From an uncultured Candidatus Saccharibacteria bacterium (GTDB taxonomy: Bacteria > Patescibacteriota > Minisyncoccia > Phycocordibacterales > UBA2100), in the NCBI GenBank assembly GCA_964648335.1, contig CAZYLZ010000007.1, positions 1,034 through 65,033 of the forward strand: DNA of 64,000 bases, in the 5' to 3' direction. Shown here in pieces: positions 7,660 through 16,150 of this stretch. The notes beneath the pieces are model-generated. The model saw only the letters and a program-made list of their open reading frames with translations. It made no database searches and was not told where the DNA came from. Numbering within the stretch: the first letter of the stretch is position 1; every line of letters begins with the position of its first letter. The position numbers and the translations under genes were made by a program.

Positions 7660-9675
7660 ATGAGCTCCATAAAGACTTTTTCCTTTGATACGAATGGCTT
7701 CGACGAAATAAAAAAGTATCACTTTGGGCGAAACTGGCCCGTTGTCTATGTCCTCGAGAATGCAAACGAGATGTATATCGGCGAGAGTACGAGTGCCTAC
7801 TATCGCTGCAAGCAGCACTTCGAAAATCCTGTTCGCAAGCGACTTAAACATGCACACGTAATAACCGACGATGAGTACAATAAGTCCGCGATTCTCGACA
7901 TTGAGTCGTGGTTAATTCAATACATGGCAGCAGAGGGCACTGTTGTGCTCCAGAATGGCAATAAGGGACTTAGAAATCATAATTATTATCAAAAGGAAAA
8001 GTACGAGGCAAAATTTGAGGTGATTTGGGAAGAGCTGATACGAATGTCGTTGGTTAAAAAAACTTTGCTCGAAATCAGGAACTCTGACTTGTTCAAGTTT
8101 TCGCCTTATAAGGCGCTAAACGATGAACAATTTCTCTTCGTCAAGAAATTGTTTAAAGACATAGCAGCAGGCACGGCATCAACGTACATAGTGCAGGGTT
8201 CTGCCGGAACCGGTAAAACGGTACTCGCGTCATTCTTGATTAAATATCTGCGTGATCAAAAAGAAACAGCGCACCTCAGAGTTGGGCTTGTAATTGGAAT
8301 GTCGTCACTGCGTCGGACCATGCAAAAGGTTTTTGCACAGACGCCTGGCCTTAAGGCAAATATGGTACTTGGACCAAATGATGTGGTCAAAGAGAAATAC
8401 GATATTTTGATAGTCGATGAGGCACATCGCCTAAAGCGTCGTAAAAATCTTGGGGCAGCATTTAAGGCATTTGATGATGTCAATCGAAAACTTGGATTTT
8501 CGAAGGAAAGTAATCAGCTCGATTGGATACTTAAATCCTCTAAGCAACAGATCTTTTTTTATGACCACGCACAACGGGTCATGCCAGCTGACATCGATCC
8601 TGAAGTATTTGCGGAATTGCCTGCACAACGATATGTGCTAGCTACGCAAATGCGAGTACAAGCCGGGGCCGAATATATCGAAGCGATACACAATATTTTA
8701 TCTAATGGTTCCGTAAAAGGAGTCTCAGTACAAGACTATGATTTTCGTATCATCAATGACTTTGAAACACTCCATACTCTAGTTAAAGAAAAAGATGCCG
8801 AATACGGTCTTGGCAGAATTGTGGCTGGTTATGCGTGGCCATGGGTTTCAAATCCGGATCGAAATAAAAATCCGGCAGCGTACGATATCGAGCTCGATAA
8901 CTACAGAATGAAGTGGAATTCTGTTGCGCAGGATTGGGTAAATTCTCCCAACGCAATTAACGAAGTAGGCTGCATTCATACAATTCAAGGCTATGGCTTA
9001 AATTATGTGGGCGTCGTCATTGGCCCCGAGGTAAAGTTCAATCCTGAAACAAAACAGCTCGAAATAGATTCCGATCATTACTACGATAAAAACGGCTACA
9101 CTGGTATAGACGAAAACGAACTGCGCTACTGCATTCTTAACATATATAAAACGCTCCTTACACGCGGAATTTCAGGAACCTATGTATATATCGTCGATGC
9201 GCATCTTAGGAATAGATTCAAAGATGTCTTTGGCGAGAATACTGTCGTTAAGAAGGGCGGTCCGATACTGTCGCCTCTCAAAGTTTCGACCGTAAGAGTA
9301 CCGTTTGTAGGATCAGCTCCGTGTGGCAACCCTCTTTTCGGTGAAGAAAATCGGGAAGGGTACATAGAAGTAGATAAAACTAAAATAAAGCCAGGGTTTA
9401 AGTACTTTGTATTACGTGCCGAAGGAGATTCCATGAACAAAGCTGGGATCTTAGACGGAGACCTGGTGCTTTGTAGGCAACAACTCAAGGCCGATACCGG
9501 TGATAAGGTAGTGGCACTTCTGGGTGATAACGTAACCATCAAAGAGTACGGTCCGCGTGAAAACGGCGTTCGTTTACTTTTGCCACGAAGTACCAACAAA
9601 ACACATCAAGCGATAACGCCGGAAGAAGGTGCCACGGTGCAGGGCATCGTTCAGGAAGTTCTGGTGAAAGAATAA
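7660..9675 (+). CDS. Three-domain fusion: N-terminal GIY-YIG nuclease, DUF2075-type P-loop/DEAH ATPase, C-terminal LexA/UmuD-like S24 autopeptidase
   Basis: GIY-YIG at aa ~25-60: VVYVLENANEMYIGESTSAYYRCKQHFEN. ATPase: Walker A GSAGTGKT (aa 180-187) and DEAH at ILIVDEAHRL (aa 249-258), plus the conserved DUF2075 segments GYAWPW and TLLTRG. C-terminus (aa ~545-645): VPFVGSAPCGNPLFGEEN..LRAEGDSMNKAGILDGDLVL..GDKVVALLGDNVTIKEYG..VRLLLP aligns motif-for-motif with LexA/UmuD. The Cys555-Gly556 scissile bond is at nt 9322..9327, the Ser591 codon at 9430..9432 and the Lys628 codon at 9541..9543. Low GC. Confidence 0.75.
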   Translation: MSSIKTFSFDTNGFDEIKKYHFGRNWPVVYVLENANEMYIGESTSAYYRCKQHFENPVRKRLKHAHVITDDEYNKSAILDIESWLIQYMAAEGTVVLQNGNKGLRNHNYYQKEKYEAKFEVIWEELIRMSLVKKTLLEIRNSDLFKFSPYKALNDEQFLFVKKLFKDIAAGTASTYIVQGSAGTGKTVLASFLIKYLRDQKETAHLRVGLVIGMSSLRRTMQKVFAQTPGLKANMVLGPNDVVKEKYDILIVDEAHRLKRRKNLGAAFKAFDDVNRKLGFSKESNQLDWILKSSKQQIFFYDHAQRVMPADIDPEVFAELPAQRYVLATQMRVQAGAEYIEAIHNILSNGSVKGVSVQDYDFRIINDFETLHTLVKEKDAEYGLGRIVAGYAWPWVSNPDRNKNPAAYDIELDNYRMKWNSVAQDWVNSPNAINEVGCIHTIQGYGLNYVGVVIGPEVKFNPETKQLEIDSDHYYDKNGYTGIDENELRYCILNIYKTLLTRGISGTYVYIVDAHLRNRFKDVFGENTVVKKGGPILSPLKVSTVRVPFVGSAPCGNPLFGEENREGYIEVDKTKIKPGFKYFVLRAEGDSMNKAGILDGDLVLCRQQLKADTGDKVVALLGDNVTIKEYGPRENGVRLLLPRSTNKTHQAITPEEGATVQGIVQEVLVKE

Positions 9676-9811
9676 GAGCCGCTCGAAATATCTGTGTACG
9701 TACTCCTTATCCAACGAAATTAGCTGAATGTGGATTGTGTCGAGGGATAGTAAACAGGCACCCATTGATTGATTAGCGAAATCACTGCAATAAGGGCAAA
9801 GCAAAACGACA

Positions 9812-10483
9812 TCAGGTACCGTTAAACATATAACCCTCGTTAGGGAAAAGTTCCTCGATCATTTTTTCGAGTTTTGCGCCATCGATCATTTCGATGCCGA
9901 CCCGCGTGCCGTCCACGATTGCCTCTTTGCTATACGATCCCGTGGTCACAAATATGCCGCGTTTGGTTCCATGCAAGACAAACGAGCCCAAGAATTCACG
10001 AATTTCGTTTGATCCCACCGATCCTGCATAGCGCTTTACCTGAACCGCAGTGATTTCGCCCTTCTTGGTAAGGAGAATATCGATTCCTTTGTCATTACTG
10101 CGTCGTGTTACTTCTACTTCGTATCCTTGGTGAGCAAAAAGCCTCGAGATATGGTGCTCGAACTTAAACGGGTCCATGTCGCGAAACACCGACACAACGC
10201 GTTGAATACCCAACTCTTGTGCCTCGGTGTGCCAGGCATTCGATTCGTCGATCTTTCCCTTAACAAATCGATACGTGATAACTCCGGCGTATCCAAGACA
10301 AGCCAAAGCTCCAAGGGTAAGAATAGTTTGCCAATAGCCCGCACCGACGTCGATCAGGGATCGTACAATCGGAGCACCAGCTGCGATCAAAAGTACTGCC
10401 CCGACCGCAAGCTCGATGCTGTTGTTCCGTCTTGTCCTGCGCCTGCGTCGTGCCATATATGAGTGTTCTACCGCGATTTCCAT
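9812..10483 (-). CDS. Membrane-anchored restriction endonuclease, Mrr-like catalytic domain
   Basis: N-terminal TM helices. The C-terminus FEHHISRLFAHQGYEVEVTRRSNDKGIDILLTKKGEITAVQVKRYAGSVGSNEIREFLG..GIFVTTGSYSKEA is the Mrr_cat (PD-(D/E)xK) pattern. Confidence 0.65.
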   Translation of the reverse strand: MEIAVEHSYMARRRRRTRRNNSIELAVGAVLLIAAGAPIVRSLIDVGAGYWQTILTLGALACLGYAGVITYRFVKGKIDESNAWHTEAQELGIQRVVSVFRDMDPFKFEHHISRLFAHQGYEVEVTRRSNDKGIDILLTKKGEITAVQVKRYAGSVGSNEIREFLGSFVLHGTKRGIFVTTGSYSKEAIVDGTRVGIEMIDGAKLEKMIEELFPNEGYMFNGT

Positions 10484-10566
10484 GCGGGAGCAACGTGCTC
10501 ATGACCACTAGTGTTCTAATTGTAGCGAATAAGAGGATAAGAAGCAGGAATAGTGACTGTCGCAAT

Positions 10567-10576
10567 TAATTCTAGA
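10567..10576. repeat. 10-bp direct repeat TAATTCTAGA (right copy)
   Basis: See 7186..7195. Confidence 0.35.
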
Positions 10577-10613
10577 TGCTGGCGGCAGGTGCGGGCGGTG
10601 GTACCATGGCGGC

Positions 10614-11126
10614 ATGAAAACCATACCTTTGTATGAGCACTCGATACCGGTATTTATCGGCGGTCTTAGCAATCTAGGCAAGGTGTTGGACATCGCCGAG
10701 ACATACGCCGAAAAGCAGAAGAAAAAGCCCGAGAGCGTGTTGCATGCGCGGCTTGCGCCCGACATGTTCGACCTCATCCAACAGGTCCAGTATGCATACT
10801 TCGTCGCGCTCGATGCCGCCGTTCAGCTTTCGGGACGTCCGATGCCTGCAGGCTTCGATTACGACGAGACAACGTTTGCTGCGTTGAGAAAAAGTCTTAA
10901 GAAAGCCATAATTTTCTTGCGGAGCATTACGCCGGCGCAGTGCGCAAAAGCCCATACCAAGAAGCTGCCTGTGTTTTACAATCCCGAGAAAAAGGTCCCT
11001 GCGCTTACCTTTGTGACCAAGCTTGCGGTACCAAACTTTTTCTTTCATTGCGCCACGGCATACGGCATTGTCCGCGCCTTTGGAGCGCCGCTCAAGAAAT
11101 CGGATTATCTCGGCCCAATCCGTTAA
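10614..11126 (+). CDS. DUF1993-family protein
   Basis: The N-terminus LYEHSIPVFIGGLSNLGKVLDIAE matches the DUF1993 signature (..SVPVFIRGL.NL..IL.KAE). Confidence 0.55.
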   Translation: MKTIPLYEHSIPVFIGGLSNLGKVLDIAETYAEKQKKKPESVLHARLAPDMFDLIQQVQYAYFVALDAAVQLSGRPMPAGFDYDETTFAALRKSLKKAIIFLRSITPAQCAKAHTKKLPVFYNPEKKVPALTFVTKLAVPNFFFHCATAYGIVRAFGAPLKKSDYLGPIR

Positions 11127-11178
11127 GCGCAGGTGGTGTCTGGATGACCAATGCGTGGCCCGACAACGAACAGACTTT

Positions 11179-12072
11179 TTATATACCGCAGACGCGGGAC
11201 AGCTCGGCTAAGTCTGCCGGTGCAGCTAGGGTCGAGGTTCCGGTATTGCTCGCGTACATGATGGCTCCTTTGGTTGGTATGTGGTCCATACCAAGCGAGT
11301 GTCCCATCTCGTGGGCCAAGACTCGTACCAACTGCGGGGTGTCGGTAAATTCGAAAATGGTGATACGACGCTCCGATCCGTACTGGGTATACAATCCCTG
11401 CTCGAACTCGCCGACTTTGGCGATGCGCTGGTTGTAGTCGGCGATCTTGGCGTTGAGGATGGCCGAAAGCGCAACCAGACTGTCGGCAAGTGCGTTTATT
11501 TTGGTTACCTGCGTGTTCTGTATATCTTGCTCGGCCTTGAGGGTGTCGAAGCGGGTAGCAAGTGCTGCCTCGCGCACGACGAGCTGGCGGTATTCGTCTT
11601 GCGAGGCACCACCTTTGGTATTGGTAGCAGCGACATCGGCGTTATAGCGCGCCTCGTCGGCCTTGTAGATGGCAAACTGAGCGCTGTTGGTTGCCTGCGC
11701 TTCTTTGGTAGAGCTTGCAAACGTCGCAAACTGCGTCTGTATAAGTTCGAGTGCGGTCTTAAACAGGTTGAGTCGAGCCAAGGTCGCGGCATTTTGTACC
11801 GACGTGGCTTGTCGCGAGTCGTAGACGAAATCGATGGGGAGTACTGCGCTCGTGGTTGCGTAGACAAAGAGGTTGCGACCAGTTGGCGTTTCCCAAATAG
11901 CTTCGGCGCGCGAAAGTGCATCGGTGATAGCGGGCGCGGCAACGCCAAAGCGCGCGTCGATAGCGCCGATCTTGTAGGTTACGGGCGTCGCACATACACT
12001 GCCTGCGCTTGCAATACCATGCGGCAGGAAACAAAAAGCCACTACGACGATTCCAAACAGGGTTCGCTTCAT
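11179..12072 (-). CDS. Secreted zinc metalloprotease, metzincin/matrixin-like
   Basis: Signal peptide MKRTLFGIVVVAFCFLPHGIASA. The C-terminus VLAHEMGHSLGMDHIPTKGAIMY is HExxHxxGxxH plus a Met-turn. Confidence 0.7.
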   Translation of the reverse strand: MKRTLFGIVVVAFCFLPHGIASAGSVCATPVTYKIGAIDARFGVAAPAITDALSRAEAIWETPTGRNLFVYATTSAVLPIDFVYDSRQATSVQNAATLARLNLFKTALELIQTQFATFASSTKEAQATNSAQFAIYKADEARYNADVAATNTKGGASQDEYRQLVVREAALATRFDTLKAEQDIQNTQVTKINALADSLVALSAILNAKIADYNQRIAKVGEFEQGLYTQYGSERRITIFEFTDTPQLVRVLAHEMGHSLGMDHIPTKGAIMYASNTGTSTLAAPADLAELSRVCGI

Positions 12073-12113
12073 AGCTCAAGTATAAATCCAAGACCTGACT
12101 ACACAAGTCTCGT

Positions 12114-12515
12114 ATGAAGCGTGGTATCGGGGGTTCCGTTACGGTAGAATCTCTCTATATGCTCGTCGATGTCAGGACACCGAGTGAATTTAAGGCGCGG
12201 CACGCCGAGGGTGCCACCAACATACCGCTCGAAGACCTCGAGGCAGGAAAGATTGGAGTGTTGGTAGTGCTCGAAAAAAATACACTCGTACAGATCTACT
12301 GCCGCCGCGGCGGACGCGCGAGCCGCGCACAAGAATTGCTGGCGGAGCGCGGGTTTACCAATGTTCAGAACCTGGGCGGACTTCACGACGTCCTTCGGTT
12401 GCAGAGCGGGCCCGACGAAGAATGGCCGAGTGCGGGAGATGCTGCATACGTCGTGCTCGTCATGGCGGTCGGTACTATCCTCATCGCGCTTGTCGCGTGG
12501 TATCTGCTTGCGTAA
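12114..12515 (+). CDS. Rhodanese-domain sulfurtransferase with a C-terminal TM helix
   Basis: LVDVRTPSEFKARHAEGATNIPL..IYCRRGGRASRAQELLAERGFTNVQNLGG: rhodanese fold with the active-site Cys in CRRGGRA. Confidence 0.7.
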   Translation: MKRGIGGSVTVESLYMLVDVRTPSEFKARHAEGATNIPLEDLEAGKIGVLVVLEKNTLVQIYCRRGGRASRAQELLAERGFTNVQNLGGLHDVLRLQSGPDEEWPSAGDAAYVVLVMAVGTILIALVAWYLLA

Positions 12516-12543
12516 CGTTAGCTACCGAATGCCATTCATAAAA

Positions 12544-12567
12544 AATCTCCCCGACCTGGTCGGGGAG
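12544..12567 (-). terminator. Hairpin tctccccgacc-tg-gtcggggaga with an A/T tract
   Basis: 11-bp stem. The minus-strand tail is UUUUUU. It lies 3' of the gene ending at 12576. Confidence 0.55.
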
Positions 12568-12575
12568 ACGCATGC

Positions 12576-12881
12576 TTACCTCGTCGGATTTTCGCGACGC
12601 CAATCTTCGATGCGCTGCAAACGCACCCGCTTTGACTGGCTATCCCAGCGTGCTGTCGCCGGATGGCTGACGAGCCGGTAAGGAACCTGGTTGCGCGCCC
12701 AGAGCATATTGATCGCGTTCAAGCTTGTTGGGCCGCCGCGGCACGATGCCATGCCGCACTCTTCGATGGCGCGAAGTACCGGTTCGTCCGTCTGCTTATA
12801 GCGGATAGCGAAGATTTTTTGCCACTCGCTCTCGGGCAGCGCTGCCACAAAGGTGCGGCTGCCAATAGTTTCGAGTTTCAT
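12576..12881 (-). CDS. Hypothetical protein (101 aa)
   Basis: RBS AAGGAG 6 nt upstream of the ATG (MKLETIG). The antisense ORF 12663..13001 is rejected. Confidence 0.5.
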   Translation of the reverse strand: MKLETIGSRTFVAALPESEWQKIFAIRYKQTDEPVLRAIEECGMASCRGGPTSLNAINMLWARNQVPYRLVSHPATARWDSQSKRVRLQRIEDWRRENPTR

Positions 12882-13222
12882 CACGTACTCCTTATGCAAG
12901 CCAGTGGGGAACTATACAAGATTATTTTGCCAGGTAAAGAGTGGATAACCAAAAAAATGCGGGCCATACGGGCCCGCAAGGGTTGTCAGTGGGGAATGTA
13001 GAACTTCCAAACGAGCAAGAATGCCGCGGCTGCTGCGAGCGTTAGAGCGAGCATGCAGACGGTGCAGCAGCTTGTCGGGGCGGAGTCTTTGGCGTTTGTA
13101 TCGCGTGGTGTCATCGCACTCTCCTTGTGTGTACCGCCTACGACCATACCACCCAACGATGCCTGCGCAAGGTGGTTAGGGTCGCGGCAGCCCCCTGTAT
13201 ACTTGGGGCATTACACTCATCA

Positions 13223-14305
13223 ATGTATATGCAAAACAGTCTCAACGCTCTCCTCGCCTGGTTTAATCTTCCGCCCATGCGTCTTTCCACCGCGCTGTGG
13301 TGGGCACTTGGTATCGTCGTGGTCGTATTTGGAGTGATTCCGTCTTTGTTTGGTGCGGGACGCGGCGTGTATCTACCGCAAGGCACCTATGGATTTACGA
13401 CGTCGGGGTTGCAGCCGATGATGCCTTCGGCTGCGTACGACTCGAGTAGTGTCGGCGGAGCGCCTGCAATGGGTATCGCTTCCTACGAGAAGGGAGAATC
13501 GCTTTCGGCACGCAACGTCGCTTCGATCATGCCGCCGCACGTAAACGGATCGACCGGCTCGTCCGCCGAAGCCTTCGAGGTGACAAGCTACAGCGCCTCG
13601 TACGAGACGGCGCATCTGGACGACACCTGCGCGTCTATCTCGACGCTTATGGCCGAGACCTTTGTAGTGTTCGAGAGTGCAAATGCCTACGAGCGCGGGT
13701 GCAGCTTTTCGTTCAAGGTAGAGAAGGCACATGTCGACGAGGTATTGGCCGAGCTCAAGGCACTCGATCCGAAGTCGCTCTCGCAGAACACTTACACTAT
13801 CGAGCAGCAGGTGAGCGACTACACCAGCCGTGAAGACAGCCTCAAGCGCAAGCTCGCATCTATCGACGAAACCATGAAGTCCGCCATGACCGCTTACGAC
13901 GAGATAACGCGGCTCGCGACCCAGGGCCGCGACGCCGGCAGTCTCGCCTCGATCATCTCGAGTAAGATTGAGCTCATACGAGAGCTTACCCGCGAGCGCA
14001 TCAGCGTTACCGACGAGCTCGAGCAGCTCGGGCGCGCGAAGGCGCGTCAGCTCGACGGCGTCTCGTACACGACCTTTAGCGTCCAGGTGACCGAGCGCCT
14101 TTATATAGACGGCACAAGCATCGCCGAATCGTGGCGCAACGCGATGCGATCGTTCGTCGATACCATGAACATCCTCGTGCAAGACCTCACAATCAATCTC
14201 GTCGCGGTGACGCTTAAGTTGGTCCTCTATATCGCGTACTTCTTCATCTTGCTAATCGGAGCCAAGTATGTGGTCAAGTTCGCCCAGGCAGTGTGGAAGT
14301 GGTAG
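13223..14305 (+). CDS. Membrane protein with an N-terminal TM, central coiled coil and C-terminal TM (DUF4349-like architecture)
   Basis: TM segment WWALGIVVVVFGVIPSLFGAG. A long coiled-coil region (SDYTSREDSLKRKLASIDETMKSAMTAYDEI...). Terminal TM LVAVTLKLVLYIAYFFILLIGA. Confidence 0.5.
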   Translation: MYMQNSLNALLAWFNLPPMRLSTALWWALGIVVVVFGVIPSLFGAGRGVYLPQGTYGFTTSGLQPMMPSAAYDSSSVGGAPAMGIASYEKGESLSARNVASIMPPHVNGSTGSSAEAFEVTSYSASYETAHLDDTCASISTLMAETFVVFESANAYERGCSFSFKVEKAHVDEVLAELKALDPKSLSQNTYTIEQQVSDYTSREDSLKRKLASIDETMKSAMTAYDEITRLATQGRDAGSLASIISSKIELIRELTRERISVTDELEQLGRAKARQLDGVSYTTFSVQVTERLYIDGTSIAESWRNAMRSFVDTMNILVQDLTINLVAVTLKLVLYIAYFFILLIGAKYVVKFAQAVWKW

Positions 14306-14384
14306 TTGGCTATCCGACTTGCGTACTTTTGGGGGCTTGCTAGTGTGAAGCTAGTACTGGTCTCACGGTACAGGAGGTGTGGCG

Positions 14385-14672
14385 ATGCAGACCCCAGGAA
14401 GGCAAGCAAAGGCGAAGCGCAAGAACAATGTTCGCAGACGCATGAGCGACCGCGATCTTGCTCGTCTCGGCGGCGGCAAGGTGGCCTACATCAAGGCACT
14501 CAGCGCCGAGACGGCCAAGAAACTCTACCCGGCAGTCAAAGGGCTGCCGCAGGGAATCGAACTCTTTGCACTCCATGCCGCCGACGGTACGCCCCTGGCG
14601 CTCACCGACAGCAAGCATGCTGCAATCGGGCATGCCATGAGCGATAAGCTCGAGGTGTACCAGGTGCACTAG
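14385..14672 (+). CDS. Small basic hypothetical protein (95 aa)
   Basis: AGGAGG 7 nt upstream of the ATG. Sequence LARLGGGKVAYIKALSAETAKKLYP. A terminator follows. Confidence 0.5.
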   Translation: MQTPGRQAKAKRKNNVRRRMSDRDLARLGGGKVAYIKALSAETAKKLYPAVKGLPQGIELFALHAADGTPLALTDSKHAAIGHAMSDKLEVYQVH

Positions 14673-14684
14673 CACGAAAAGCAA

Positions 14685-14712
14685 ACCCCTCCGTGGCACA
14701 GAGGGGTTTTTC
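14685..14712. terminator. Hairpin acccctc-cgtggcaca-gaggggt plus TTTTTC between convergent genes
   Basis: Seen directly. T-tract on the plus strand. Confidence 0.6.
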
Positions 14713-14724
14713 TATTGCATACGA

Positions 14725-15504
14725 TCACCGGCCGACGTGTGCCGGGGGCTTGCGCGAATCGAGCCCGAGTGAGCGCAAGAAAATTGAGAGCTCCTCGCCT
14801 TTAATGGCGCGAAAGCCGCCCTCGGGAAGCTTGTTAAGCGTGATGTTAAGTACGCGTACGCGCTTGAGGTCTACCACGGTGTTGTACAACGCCGAGACCA
14901 TACGTCGGATCTGACGGTTCTTACCTTCGGAGAGGGTTATGCGGAACGTTGCACCGCCCAAGAGATCTACCTTGCATGGCTTGGTAACGTAGTCGCCGAT
15001 GTTGACACCGTTCTGCATATTTTCTTTGAACGATGAGCGGAGTTTTTCTTGCGCCTTCACAATATATTCTTTTGTGTGCTCATTGTCGGGATTCAAGAGG
15101 CGATCAGTGACGCGACCGTCGTTGGTGAGGATGATGAGCCCGTGCGAGTCTTTGTCGAGGCGGCCGATAGGAAACATGCCGCGCATCTCGGGGATATCCT
15201 TGAGCACGTCCGAGATAGAGCGTTCGCCGCGCTGAGGCGAATGGGTGATAACCCCGGCGGGTTTGTTGTATGCCCAGTAAAAAAGTTTTGTCTTCTGTCC
15301 GCGGACACGCACCTCGACTTCGTCGGTCTCTTCGACCTTGTCGCCGAGGTTCGCAACCTTGCCGTTGATACGAACGACACCCTGCTTGACTAAGGCGTCA
15401 CCACCTAAGCGCGTCGAAAAACCTCGGCTGGCGAGGTATTTGTTGATACGCATCGGATAGCCGGTCTTTTCCGCTGGGGGTGTTTGTACGGCGCGCTTCT
15501 TCAT
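14725..15504 (-). CDS. RsuA/RluB-family rRNA pseudouridine synthase
   Basis: An S4 domain ([33 protein letters not shown]) followed by a catalytic domain with [17 protein letters not shown]. This is the RsuA/RluB family. Confidence 0.8.
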   Translation of the reverse strand: MKKRAVQTPPAEKTGYPMRINKYLASRGFSTRLGGDALVKQGVVRINGKVANLGDKVEETDEVEVRVRGQKTKLFYWAYNKPAGVITHSPQRGERSISDVLKDIPEMRGMFPIGRLDKDSHGLIILTNDGRVTDRLLNPDNEHTKEYIVKAQEKLRSSFKENMQNGVNIGDYVTKPCKVDLLGGATFRITLSEGKNRQIRRMVSALYNTVVDLKRVRVLNITLNKLPEGGFRAIKGEELSIFLRSLGLDSRKPPAHVGR

Positions 15505-15604
15505 AGGTAGAGAGTATACACTAGAATGGCAAAAAGCCCAGTCGTCAAGTATCTGGCCAGGAGCGACGAGCGACAGCACCGGTCGAGCCGTGTACAATCG
15601 TTCC

Positions 15605-16147
15605 ATGAACCGTTACACCTGGCTTGTCGTCATCATCGGTCTTTTGGCTGCGGCCGCCATGGCGGGGTCGGGACTTATGGCACGCAAAGGTATGGCTGCT
15701 CCGGTGGCGAAGGGCGCGCCGAGCGTGGAAACAGCGTTGCGCTCCAAGCTCTCACCCCTCCAATACCACGTGACCCAAGAAGACGGCACCGAGTCACCGT
15801 ACGCAAACGAGTATTGGGACAATCACGAAGACGGCATTTATGTCGACGTCGTATCGGGCGAGCCGTTGTTCTCGTCGAAAGACAAATACGATTCGCACAC
15901 GGGATGGCCGTCGTTTACCAAACCGCTTGTGCCCGAGAACATTACCGAGAAAAAAGATTCGCTCCTCGGGTACGAACGTACCGAAGTGCGGTCCAAGCAG
16001 GCCAACTCGCACCTGGGACATGTATTTACCGACGGCCCGGCACCCTTGGGTTTGCGCTACTGCATGAACTCGGCAGCGATGCGCTTTATCGCAAAAAAAG
16101 ATCTCGTCACCGAAGGTTACGGCGACTATGCACGGCTCTTTCAATAA
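15605..16147 (+). CDS. msrB: Peptide methionine-(R)-sulfoxide reductase MsrB with an N-terminal membrane anchor or signal
   Basis: [58 protein letters not shown] is the SelR/MsrB signature. The N-terminus [18 protein letters not shown] is hydrophobic. Confidence 0.85.
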   Translation: MNRYTWLVVIIGLLAAAAMAGSGLMARKGMAAPVAKGAPSVETALRSKLSPLQYHVTQEDGTESPYANEYWDNHEDGIYVDVVSGEPLFSSKDKYDSHTGWPSFTKPLVPENITEKKDSLLGYERTEVRSKQANSHLGHVFTDGPAPLGLRYCMNSAAMRFIAKKDLVTEGYGDYARLFQ

Positions 16148-16150
16148 GTC

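Noticed and set aside
12663-13001. 112-aa plus-strand ORF overlapping the 12576..12881 gene
   Set aside because: The minus-strand ORF has a perfect AAGGAG-N6-ATG and a terminator. The plus ORF has neither.
13373-14182. 269-aa antisense ORF inside the DUF4349-like gene
   Set aside because: It is a typical high-GC antisense open frame, Arg/Ala/Gly-rich with no RBS. Many similar ones were dismissed for the same reason (15794..16531, 18022..18561, 26203..26769, 27872..28633, 29079..29711, 29835..30554, 35449..36429, 36417..37292, 37588..38424, 45664..46416, 49475..50961, 52681..53271, 53776..54411).
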